Part shown: positions 51,599 to 60,950 of the stretch, in pieces
How the letters are laid out: every line of letters begins with the position of its first letter
Numbering within the stretch: position 1 is the first letter of the stretch
From: Nitrosopumilus sp.
GTDB lineage: Archaea; Thermoproteota; Nitrososphaeria; Nitrososphaerales; Nitrosopumilaceae
DNA: 64,000 bases
Assembly: GCA_965203315.1 (NCBI GenBank)
Contig: CBDBCE010000004.1
Location: forward strand, 277,629-341,628
Direction of reading: 5' to 3'
Notes under the pieces: generated by a model
Databases searched by the model: none
What the model was told of the DNA's origin: nothing
Seen by the model: only the letters and a program-made list of their open reading frames with translations
Position numbers and translations under genes: made by a program

Positions 51599-51930
51599 AT
51601 TATTGCTTACTAGACCCCATTCATAATTCGGTTCTTTCTTGATACTTAGCACGATCATCTTAGCATAAACCAAAACACACTCTCATCATTATGCATATCC
51701 CTTGTTTAGTTGAATGTTGATTAAAGTTATTGACGAAATATTTGATATCCTAGAGGTAAATTTACAATATGTTGTGAATTTATAGATCTGCATATATATT
51801 AAAACTCGGTATAAATGGAATAGTCCAAATCATACCACGTGGCACAAAAATACTCAAACTCCGATATTGACCAAAATTGAATTATGAATACGGTCTACTG
51901 GTATATTGTATTTTTTATTGAGATATAAAA

Positions 51931-52635
51931 TCAAACTCTGAGATTTTCATTGGTAAGATTTTGTAAGGCAGAACGTAACTTGTCTGATAAATTAGCTCTA
52001 TTTTTTGTTAACAACACCTCGATGATAAAGGCTGTAGTTTTTTTCTGTAAAAATTTATCACTCAAGTATATAGTCGCCAATTGGTTGATCGCATCTTCCT
52101 GCACGTGTTTGCCTGCCAACAAAAACAATAATTTTATTGCTTGAATGTCTGTTTTGATCATGTTTAGCCTAAATAGTATATTTGATTGATTTTTCATTTG
52201 ATTCCAATATTGTTTTTTTATTGCATATATTATCTGAGATGCCTTATCGATGATAGAGTTCTCACAGGATATGCATTTTTTCATGTGGATGAATCCATAA
52301 GGTTTCACTTTAACACAAATTGGAACTATTGGAACTTTATACGCAAGAGCGATACCGATCTCTTGATCAAAGTAATCTGATGATCTACAGGTTCTAGTAT
52401 GTAATGCTAACAGTACGTCACAAGTTTGTATCTTTGATATGATGTAATCGTTACCATCATCACCACCAACTTGATCGTGAGGAGCTGTAACTACATTTAT
52501 TTTGTGTTGGCCAAGGTGTGTTTTCAACTCGTCTACATATCTTTCAAATTGCTTTTCACTATCACTACTATAGCTCAAAAATACTTCGAATCTGCCTTTA
52601 TCGATGAATGTTGGTATGGACTCGTCAGTGGTCAT
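51931..52635 (-). CDS. TIR-domain protein
   Basis: VFLSYS, IQTCDVLLAL, SDYFDQEIGIA (catalytic Glu position), PIVPI; helical C-terminal tail. Confidence 0.85.
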   Translation of the reverse strand: MTTDESIPTFIDKGRFEVFLSYSSDSEKQFERYVDELKTHLGQHKINVVTAPHDQVGGDDGNDYIISKIQTCDVLLALHTRTCRSSDYFDQEIGIALAYKVPIVPICVKVKPYGFIHMKKCISCENSIIDKASQIIYAIKKQYWNQMKNQSNILFRLNMIKTDIQAIKLLFLLAGKHVQEDAINQLATIYLSDKFLQKKTTAFIIEVLLTKNRANLSDKLRSALQNLTNENLRV

Positions 52636-52644
52636 GCTTTGGTA

Positions 52645-52824
52645 TTACTCTTTCTCTTTGCTTAAAAGGTATTCGTTGTATTTTTCAGCTTGTCTCATAC
52701 ATTCGTCTACACAGTTCAAACATATCGTCTCTTCTTCGTATGGAAAAGCTAGCGATTCTATCTCTTTTTCACACATGATGCATTTCAAATTTTTAATTAT
52801 CTCTGTTTCTACTTTCAGCGCCAT
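52645..52824 (-). CDS. small Zn-finger protein (copy 1)
   Basis: MALKVETE...CIMC...ICLNC; start defined by paralog at 53353. Confidence 0.75.
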   Translation of the reverse strand: MALKVETEIIKNLKCIMCEKEIESLAFPYEEETICLNCVDECMRQAEKYNEYLLSKEKE

Positions 52825-53133
52825 GTTGATATTATGGTAATATGTTATATATAAACACCTCCTGTAAAATTTTTTCGGTTTATGTGAGGTAGATTTTCGC
52901 AAGGTTCTTTCTGTACCACCAATCTCGCATAAACAGAAAAAAATCCACTCTGATAACGGTTCTATTGTCGACATAAAACCAGCATCTACAATTACGTCTA
53001 TAGTATCTGGGGTTCAAATGTAATGTTCTGCCCACTCTCTTGGTTTTGGGGAGAGTTATCGTCATCGGCATCTTGGTCTATGGGATTAAACTATAGTCGA
53101 GGACAGCAAAAAGTTTACAGTTACATTCATCAA

Positions 53134-53343
53134 TCAAGAATATTGTTGATTAGTGGACATATGTCTCACTAATGGTTGAGAGAGATAAAATATTGAGTGC
53201 GATAGGAAATCAGAGATTGGCGTAAACTTTTTTTCTGCCTCGACTATGTCTCTCGAGTTGTCTTCAATACCCTTGCTATGTCTCAAGAACGTTTCGATTT
53301 TGCGCCGATTGATAAAAATTAACATAGATTCATTCGTGGTCAC
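53134..53343 (-). pseudogene. truncated/degenerate paralog of the TIR gene
   Basis: MTTNESMLIFINRRKIETFLRHS vs MTTDESIPTFIDKGRFEVFLSYS, then diverges. Confidence 0.7.
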
Positions 53344-53352
53344 GTTCTGACA

Positions 53353-53535
53353 TTACTCTTTCTTGTCAGTCAAAACGTATTTATTAACATATTCTGCGAC
53401 TTGTCTCAGGTATTCGTCAATACAATCCTCACACACTGTGTCCTCTTCATCTGGAAAAGCTATCGACTCCACATCTTTTTCACACATGATACATTTCAGG
53501 TTTTTAACTATCTCTGTTTCCACTTTTAGTGCCAT
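53353..53535 (-). CDS. small Zn-finger protein (copy 2)
   Basis: MALKVETE...CIMC...VCEDC. Confidence 0.75.
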   Translation of the reverse strand: MALKVETEIVKNLKCIMCEKDVESIAFPDEEDTVCEDCIDEYLRQVAEYVNKYVLTDKKE

Positions 53536-54189
53536 GCTGATATTATGGTGATATCTTATATGAGCACATACTATATTCGTAAGCGGTTCTGTTGTCTTGG
53601 TTCGACTATGTTATCCTTTGCTATGTCTATGAGCCTCTTTTCTGGCGATCCTTCACATGTGTTTCGAACCACTTGTATCATCCATTCTGGCGTGGGTGCA
53701 AGTTTATTCTTATCTCTCTGTGCTCTGGCATAACTTGCAGGTCTATGATGCAAACATGTAGCATGAATCAAAACTTGATGTGCCGTCCGCTCATCATATA
53801 TTGCGTTACAGTGGGTTGATACTGCAAGCGGTATCTTTTCTACATCTGCTGACAAAATACGATTATATTCATTATAGTTTCTGAGTACTGCATGTCTTAG
53901 GATCTTTGTTGTAAGACCAAAAGTTCCTCAGACTATCCCCTATTGATCCTTTTAGGTTTGACATTGTTGTTCTGGTGGTTAAATTTCACTAGCACTTGCG
54001 ATGTCTGTATTGGGCAATAATCTCAACAAAACATTGCAATGTATTTTCAAAAAGGTACATTTGGGTAAACTGAACATACGCAATCTTGCCATCTGTACTT
54101 TGAAAACTATGTGGCTATTGCCAAATAGATCAGCGAGACGAAAAGAGTGATATCTGATGACTGATATGTCGAATGTTAATTATAAACTT

Positions 54190-54468
54190 CTATGGTGATA
54201 CGATGGTTGCCCATGCTAGTCCTTTACCAAATTTTATCGTTACTGTATCGCCGGAATTGCTTGTACAATCTTGTATCGTCTTTGGAATATCGTCACTCGT
54301 CTCTACATAACATACTCCGTTGATGTTGGACAAAATAGTTACATCCTCATATACGTCTTCACGAATCAAGTTCCAAAATGGAAATACAAGTGTAGATAAG
54401 ACAATGCCTGCTACTACTAGCGCGCCACCAAAGATTAGTCCTCCCCGCTGACCTGAAGTCAACTCCAT
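54190..54468 (-). CDS. small membrane-anchored hypothetical protein
   Basis: Single TM helix plus C-terminal domain; start MELTSG. Confidence 0.7.
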   Translation of the reverse strand: MELTSGQRGGLIFGGALVVAGIVLSTLVFPFWNLIREDVYEDVTILSNINGVCYVETSDDIPKTIQDCTSNSGDTVTIKFGKGLAWATIVSP

Positions 54469-54469
54469 A

Positions 54470-54631
54470 TTACCATGTGCCTCTCTCACCGGCATTGGGA
54501 TCTAACTTTTTCTCTGGTACATTACCATGTGCCTTTTTCATGTGCCGTTTTAGTCGCTCAGGCATGTGTAGTTCTGTACCACACAACTCGCATTTTGTCT
54601 GGGTTTCTTTATTACTACGCTTAAACCACAT
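54470..54631 (-). CDS. small C2H2 zinc-finger protein
   Basis: CELCG...LKRHMKKAH. Confidence 0.75.
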   Translation of the reverse strand: MWFKRSNKETQTKCELCGTELHMPERLKRHMKKAHGNVPEKKLDPNAGERGTW

Positions 54632-54866
54632 ATTCTTATTACTGTGTAACATTATAAAAATGATGAATCGACTCATCTAATTTATGGTGTCTAGATGAAA
54701 CCTGCGTCAGATCCATAGTTATCAAGTACACCGTTATTTCTGTACATGATATGCGTTATAGATTATCAGAGTTAAGGACAATAATCTCACTTGTGAGGCA
54801 TGTGCGATATACACGTCTTGTTTGATTTGTGCCGAGTTGTATTTACGCGTCTTATCTATTCTCTGG

Positions 54867-55964
54867 TTATTCTGTTTTTGTTACAAATGACTCACACGCC
54901 GCTTTAGCGGCAACATCTGACATTTGCTCAATGGGATGCTTCATCAGATATGCACTAGCTGATTTTATCGGACCACCTATTCCCCGATCAAGCGCAATCT
55001 TTGCTAGACGTATTGCATCAACAACAATTCCGGCAGAATTTGCTTTATCGTCCACCTCTAGACGAACTTCCATGTTGTATGGGATATTTGCCCATTGCCT
55101 GCCTTCAATTCTCATAAACATCAGTTTGGTATTTCCCAAGAATGGAATAAAGTCAGACGGTCCAACGTATATTTGATCATCATCTAGTCGTTCGTCTAAT
55201 TGACTCTGAACACTCTCGGTCTTGGAGATCTTTTTTGAGACTAGTCTCTCTTGTTCCTTCATGTTTAAAAAGTCAGTATTGCCTCCAACATTGATCTGAT
55301 ATGTTTTTTTGATCTTTGTTCCTCTATCGTTACAGAGTTTTGCTAATGTGCGGTGTACTATGGTTGCCCCTACTTGACCTTTGATATCATCACCGATACA
55401 GGGAATATTGTTTGCACTAAATTTTTGAGCCCATGTTGGATCTGATGCAATAAATGATGGAATGCAATTGACAAAAGCTGTGCCCGTGTCTAGACATATT
55501 TGAGCCCAAAATTCTGTAGCCTTATCTGAACCAACTGGCAAGTATGATACAATTATCTCGGTACCTGTGTCTTTTATTGTAGACTTGATATCTTTGGCAA
55601 TCTGTTCATTGGTCTTTGTACTCTGAATCGGTTTTACACGATTCTGAACCCACAGTCCTACACCATCCATCACCGGACTCTCATATACCTTTGCATCTGT
55701 CTTTGGCATAGTGTCCTTGGGAATCCAGTCTACCATGTTTGGATACTCGTATATTGCATCGTTGAGAATCTTACCTACCTTGTTTTCTCCTACATCGAAA
55801 CCACATACAAAGTCGATATCATGTATTGTGTATCCCGCAAGACTCTCATGAATGATCCCGATTACCTGCTGTGATGGATTTTGTCTATAGTATTCAATTC
55901 CTTGAATTAGACCAGAAAAACAGTTTCCAATACCGACCAAACCGACTTTAATTTTGTCTGACAA
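54867..55964 (-). CDS. ino1: myo-inositol-1-phosphate synthase
   Basis: VGIGNC, YLPVGS, GDDIKGQVGAT, GGNTDF, SKKISKT. Confidence 0.95.
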   Translation of the reverse strand: MSDKIKVGLVGIGNCFSGLIQGIEYYRQNPSQQVIGIIHESLAGYTIHDIDFVCGFDVGENKVGKILNDAIYEYPNMVDWIPKDTMPKTDAKVYESPVMDGVGLWVQNRVKPIQSTKTNEQIAKDIKSTIKDTGTEIIVSYLPVGSDKATEFWAQICLDTGTAFVNCIPSFIASDPTWAQKFSANNIPCIGDDIKGQVGATIVHRTLAKLCNDRGTKIKKTYQINVGGNTDFLNMKEQERLVSKKISKTESVQSQLDERLDDDQIYVGPSDFIPFLGNTKLMFMRIEGRQWANIPYNMEVRLEVDDKANSAGIVVDAIRLAKIALDRGIGGPIKSASAYLMKHPIEQMSDVAAKAACESFVTKTE

Positions 55965-56867
55965 TCAAAAGTTGGTCATATTTGATGGGTTTAAATCTTT
56001 TTGAATAGTTGTATATGTGTGGATTATGTACAAATATGCATATGATCTATACAATTTACAATATCTGCCTTAACTGATGCCTAGCATACCACCGATTGTC
56101 GATAAACAATCCTGGCACAACTATGGAAATAATGATAGAATATGTTCAGTTCATAAATAACATACAGCATTTACAAACCGTTGAAGTTTTCTAAGGAATA
56201 CTTTGAAGAGATTATCGAGGGCGACACATACATGCTTGTGCCAAAGAGATCTTTGACTGATACTGTTCCTCCCAACAAACCTGCATTCTTTAATCCTAAA
56301 GCACGTCTTAGCCGTGATCTATCTATTCTTGTATACTCTACATTTTTACAACAATTCGATGAGCCGAGAATATTTCTTGACGGTATGTCGGGAGTGGGCG
56401 CTAGGGGGTTACGAGCTGCAAACGAATTAGGTGTTTACAGCGTCATTAATGATTTGAATCCGACGGCACTCGCAATGTCAGAACACTCTGCCATGCTGAA
56501 CAACATCGATGGTATAGAGTTCTCTAATGATGAAGTATGTCGATTCTTTGCAGCGCGTTCACGAGATGGTAAACGTGGAACTATAGTTGATATTGATCCT
56601 TTTGGTTCGCCGGTAGAATTTTTTGATTGTGGACTACGTGCTACAATCCATGGTGGCATGATGTCTGTAACTGCTACTGACTTGCAAGTTTTGCATGGGC
56701 TAGCTGACAGAGCATGTGTACTAAAGTATGGCGGAATGCCTGTACGTACTACATATGGCCACGAGATTGCGACTCGCTTGATATTGGGATCGCTTCGGAT
56801 TGTCGCTGGACGATTGGGATTCAAGATCGTCCCACTCTTTGTGTACAGTAACATGCACTATTATCGA

Positions 56868-57774
56868 GGCGATTGCTCATTTCGAGCCCCTAACTAAATA
56901 TGACTAAATTTAGACGCAAGTCTTGATGGATTTGATATCTCTTCTTGAGATGAGAAATGATGGGTATGCAATAATGAAATATTTGGAATCTCATAGTTCA
57001 GACAAGATCGTTTGTAAATTTTGTCAGTGCGATCAATACCATTACATGAAAAACAGAGATCGGTTACGTTGTAAATTATGCAAAAAAGATTTCAGACCGT
57101 TTAACAAATCCAGATTTTCGTCACTCAAAATCTCATATTCAAAATGGCTGGTACTTGTCAAATTGTTTGAACTAGCTGTATCTGCAAGAGTTGCTGCAAA
57201 ACAAGCAAGATTGTCTTACAATACGGCACTCAAAGCTTTTGATATTTTCAGGAGCGTGATTCTAATGCAACTAAATGACGAATATCGAACATTAAAGGGC
57301 AAAATCGAAGCAGATGAGTCGTATTTTGGGGGTAAACGTAAAGGAAAACGAGGCCGCGGCGCCGGAAATAAGACTATCGTTTTTGGCATATTGCAGAGAG
57401 GTGGCAAGGTACGTGTTGACATTGTACCAGACGTCACAGCTAAAACTCTGCTTGAATCAACGATCAAGAAAGTAAAGAAGGGCAGCATGATATACACGGA
57501 CAAGTGGAAAGGGTATGACACCTTGATCTTTCATGGATATGATCGAGAATCAGTTAATCATCAAAAGAGCTTCGCAAAAGGCGATGTTCACATCAATGGA
57601 ATGGAAGGGTTCTGGGGCTTTGCTAAATTGAACTTGGCAAAGTATCGAGGTGTGAGTTCAAAGAAATTCTTACTGTATCTCAAGGAGATGGAGTGGCGAT
57701 ACAATAACCGAGAATGCGATCTGTTTGATTTATTGGTACAATACATGCTTAGGGGCTCGAAATGAGCAATCGCC
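56868..57774 (+). mobile_element. IS1595-family insertion sequence (907 bp)
   Basis: Perfect 26-bp terminal IR GGCGATTGCTCATTTCGAGCCCCTAA; 7-bp TSD TTATCGA (56861-56867, 57775-57781). Confidence 0.96.
56923..57765 (+). CDS. IS1595-family transposase
   Basis: Zn ribbon, EADESYFGG, YTD, HINGMEGFW, EWRYN. Confidence 0.95.
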   Translation: MMDLISLLEMRNDGYAIMKYLESHSSDKIVCKFCQCDQYHYMKNRDRLRCKLCKKDFRPFNKSRFSSLKISYSKWLVLVKLFELAVSARVAAKQARLSYNTALKAFDIFRSVILMQLNDEYRTLKGKIEADESYFGGKRKGKRGRGAGNKTIVFGILQRGGKVRVDIVPDVTAKTLLESTIKKVKKGSMIYTDKWKGYDTLIFHGYDRESVNHQKSFAKGDVHINGMEGFWGFAKLNLAKYRGVSSKKFLLYLKEMEWRYNNRECDLFDLLVQYMLRGSK

Positions 57775-58496
57775 TTATCGATTATATGTTCAAGTCTTCA
57801 AGAAGAGAGATCAATCTGAGAATATTGGATATGTTATTCATTGTGACGAGTGCGGTGATCGACGTCTCTCACCCAAATTACAGCATGTATGCAAGCTGTG
57901 TGGCTCTGAGACTAAGATAGGCGGTCCATTATGGATCGATACTATATTTGATCAAGAGTTTGTGAAAAGTATGATATCAAACGTAGCAAAATTACACGTA
58001 GACACTCGTTGCAAAAAGATTGTTAGCATAGCTGCACTAGAATCTACACTCCCTGCAACATATTATACTCTGGATGAGATCGCATCAAAGACTGGTGTTT
58101 CTTCTCCGAAACTGACTAGACTCATATCTGTATTGAATCATGAATGTTTTGAAGCGAGTCCCACTGTCTTTGATCCTACTGGATTTAGAACTACTGCCAA
58201 CGTTAAACAAATGTCTTCCATCTTTGTTACTGAATCTCTGAAAATTTGATTAACGCAATTGGATATAAAAATTGATTATTATTTTGCAAATCATGGTAAT
58301 GTTGTGCATAACTTTACTGTTCTGGTAACTCTAGCTATTGGGCTATCATAAAATGTGTTCCTTTCAATAAAACTGTCCGGTTGCCACGATGAATTATTAG
58401 TAATGTATAGCATCTATTGTAAAATACAATGTGTAGTTATCTCGTTTTGCAATATGATCTCAATATCGTCAGTCACATTTCTGATGTTGCCCATTA

Positions 58497-59102
58497 TCAC
58501 TTGTGATCTTGTCGGATGAATCCTAAACATACATAGTATATCTCACTGCTCTGTTTTCTACTTGCTTTGGGTTTGGTAAGGTAAACTTTTGCAAATTTCT
58601 TCTTTATATAATCTCTAAACTCTATTGAATATTGACCATCAAAGATCTTAAACACTGCATTGCCTTTATGTACTAAAACTCTATCCATAATCTTTACGCA
58701 ATCATAATTCAATGATATCTGTTTTGTATGATCAACTGTCCAATTACCACTGATATTGGGAGATAGATCACATATCACGGCATTAACTCTGCCATTGAAA
58801 TACTCTTTAATCTCGTCGACGATATCTTCATTTTGAATATCTGCTCGAAGAAGATACGCTCCTGGTACATCTTCGACATAATTCATATCGACACCCATAA
58901 CTTTACCTTGATTTCCTGCCAACTTTACTGCTACCTGCGTCCAACCGCCAGGAGCACATCCTAGGTCTAAAACATGAAATCCTGGCCCAATGATTCTATA
59001 TGATTGGTTCAACTCTTTGAGCTTGTATGCTGCCCTACTACGAAAACCTTGCTCGTGAGCTAGTCTTCGATAATGATCCCTCTGTGCATCTTGTAACTTC
59101 AT
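58497..59102 (-). CDS. rlmE: 23S rRNA 2'-O-methyltransferase RlmE/FtsJ
   Basis: RSRAAYKL, DLGCAPGGW, KPKASR..SSE; ATGA overlap with upstream gene. Confidence 0.94.
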   Translation of the reverse strand: MKLQDAQRDHYRRLAHEQGFRSRAAYKLKELNQSYRIIGPGFHVLDLGCAPGGWTQVAVKLAGNQGKVMGVDMNYVEDVPGAYLLRADIQNEDIVDEIKEYFNGRVNAVICDLSPNISGNWTVDHTKQISLNYDCVKIMDRVLVHKGNAVFKIFDGQYSIEFRDYIKKKFAKVYLTKPKASRKQSSEIYYVCLGFIRQDHK

Positions 59103-60207
59103 TTGGACTTCGACTGTTTCTTTGCTGCTTCTATTACCCAGTCTTCGATCAACTGGCAAGTTCGTGGACTAATCTCGCCATCAAGTGTACATTTTTGTTC
59201 AACTTGACATGTGAGGCACGGCGCGCCTTCAATTGAGCGTGTGCTGATTGGGGTCTTTTTTAGGATTAATCTGTATGTCCAACGTCCCTTCTCAAGAAGT
59301 TTAACTCTGGTTATCATTCCTTGTCTTTCTAACTTTAATGCGAGGCGTGAACCGTTACGATTATTGAGTTTGAGCCTTCTCCACAAATCCCCTTGTAGCA
59401 TCCCAGTAGATTCTCGTTCTGCCAAGATATCGTAGACTCTGCTCGTAAGTCTATCCATATCGACTTTTTCAATCTGAAAGTTTTCGATCTCTGCTGGAGA
59501 CAGTTGTTCTTCTAACTCTTCCTCTAGTGTTCGTTCTGCAGCTTTTTTTGCTTCAGCGATCTCTTTCTTGGTCATCTTTGGTTTTGTACCAACCTTTTTC
59601 TTCACATTGTCTTTCTTTACGGTCTCCTTTGTATTCTCTGTACTCGCTGCAACTTTTTCTTCACTTTTTTCAGCTTTGGCACTCTTCTTTGTACCAACCT
59701 TTTTCTTCACATCTTCTGTGCTCTTTACAACCTTGGAATCGTTTTCAGCTTTGGCACTCTTCTTTGTACCAACCTTTTCTTCACATCTTCTGTGCTCTTT
59801 ACAACCTTGGAATCGTTTTCAGCTTTGGCACTCTTCTTTGTACCAACCTTTTTCTTCACATTGTCTTTCTTTACGGTCTCCTTTGCATTCTCTGTACTCA
59901 CTGCAGCTTTTTCTTCACTTTTTTCAGCTTTGGCACTCTTCTTTGTACCAACCTTTTTCTTCACATTGTCTTTCTTTACGGTCTCCTTTGCATTCTCTGT
60001 ACTCACTGCAGCTTTTTCTTCACTTTTTTCAGCTTTAGCACTCTTTGATTTCATTTCTGTCTTTACACTTTTTTCCTTCTCTTTAGGATGTGTTGTTTTT
60101 GCTCCTCTTGTATCTGTCTCCAAGATCTTTACTTTACGCTTCAACTCTTCGATCTCTTTCTTTATTTGCATATTCTTGTCTAAATTCAATTCATTATTCT
60201 CTCCCAA
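59099..60207 (-). CDS. TFE-beta/Rpc34-like wHTH + FeS protein with Lys-rich repeat N-terminus (frameshift near 59775)
   Basis: wHTH (GMLQGDLWRRL...LERQGMITR) plus PCLTC...C...SPRTC...W; ORFs 59725-60207 and 59099-59710 join across a 1-nt deletion. Confidence 0.75.
59583..60045 (-). repeat. mixed 105-bp and 75/74-bp coding tandem repeats
   Basis: GTACCAACC anchors at 59586, 59691, 59766, 59840, 59945 (spacings 105, 75, 74, 105). Confidence 0.9.
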
Positions 60208-60241
60208 CTTGTCTCATTCCCTTCCTCATCATCATTAATTT

Positions 60242-60676
60242 CTATCTAACGATAAATACTCCTTCTGCCGACACGCTGTCTAAGTTGGTTGAGATTACTT
60301 GAGCCACTAACCGATATGATCCAGGAGTAGAGATGAGCTCAGAAAACATATCATCTACAGGTAAGGTATTACTGTCTACTATACATTGGTTGAGAAATAT
60401 ACGTTGACTGGCCGGCTTTTCTCCTTCATAAATTGTAATATACAGATCACCACAATCAAATGCTCTATCGTTTACACGTACTTGTACACTTACCGGCTCT
60501 GATACCGTGTACTGTCTAGCAAGACCCATGATCTCAAGAGTGTGGGAATCTGCCTGATGTGGCGTTGTTACCTCTCGATCAGGATTTTGTAATATCTCTG
60601 CCATGACGAATGAGGCAAAGGTCATTGAAAATATAGCAGGTAATACAAACACTAGAAAGATCTTTGACGTTGGCAT
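60242..60676 (-). CDS. exported hypothetical protein
   Basis: Hydrophobic N-terminus, beta-rich domain. Confidence 0.7.
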   Translation of the reverse strand: MPTSKIFLVFVLPAIFSMTFASFVMAEILQNPDREVTTPHQADSHTLEIMGLARQYTVSEPVSVQVRVNDRAFDCGDLYITIYEGEKPASQRIFLNQCIVDSNTLPVDDMFSELISTPGSYRLVAQVISTNLDSVSAEGVFIVR

Positions 60677-60950
60677 CTAACCATTATTGATACATTCCCT
60701 TATATCTATTTACTAATATCTACAGCGTAAGTGGTTGGGTCGATCATACACGGATGTCAAAATCAACTATCATGCGTCACAACATGTCTATTTTAAGTCA
60801 GTCTGTCCACTTGCTATTTACAGTAGATCGGTGATAATCTGCTAAAAGTCCGTCGATTTGGATATTATTGTATGTAATTTTGATGATGAGCCTATCGATT
60901 CAAATCGCTTTGACGAATCAATTAAATCGTAGCCACTTGAATATTGTTGT

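Larger units (their letters stand above)
56181..58249 (+). pseudogene. trm1: tRNA (guanine-26) dimethyltransferase Trm1 interrupted by IS1595
   Basis: FFNP...RD, SGVGARGLR, DIDPFGSP, TATD; removing the IS plus one TSD restores HYYR-LYVQV, then CxxC...CxxC and GPLW. Confidence 0.9.

Noticed and set aside
52880-53855. ORFs 52880-53071 and 53571-53855 as members of the TIR cassette
   Set aside because: Not similar to each other and no recognisable motifs; cannot be supported.
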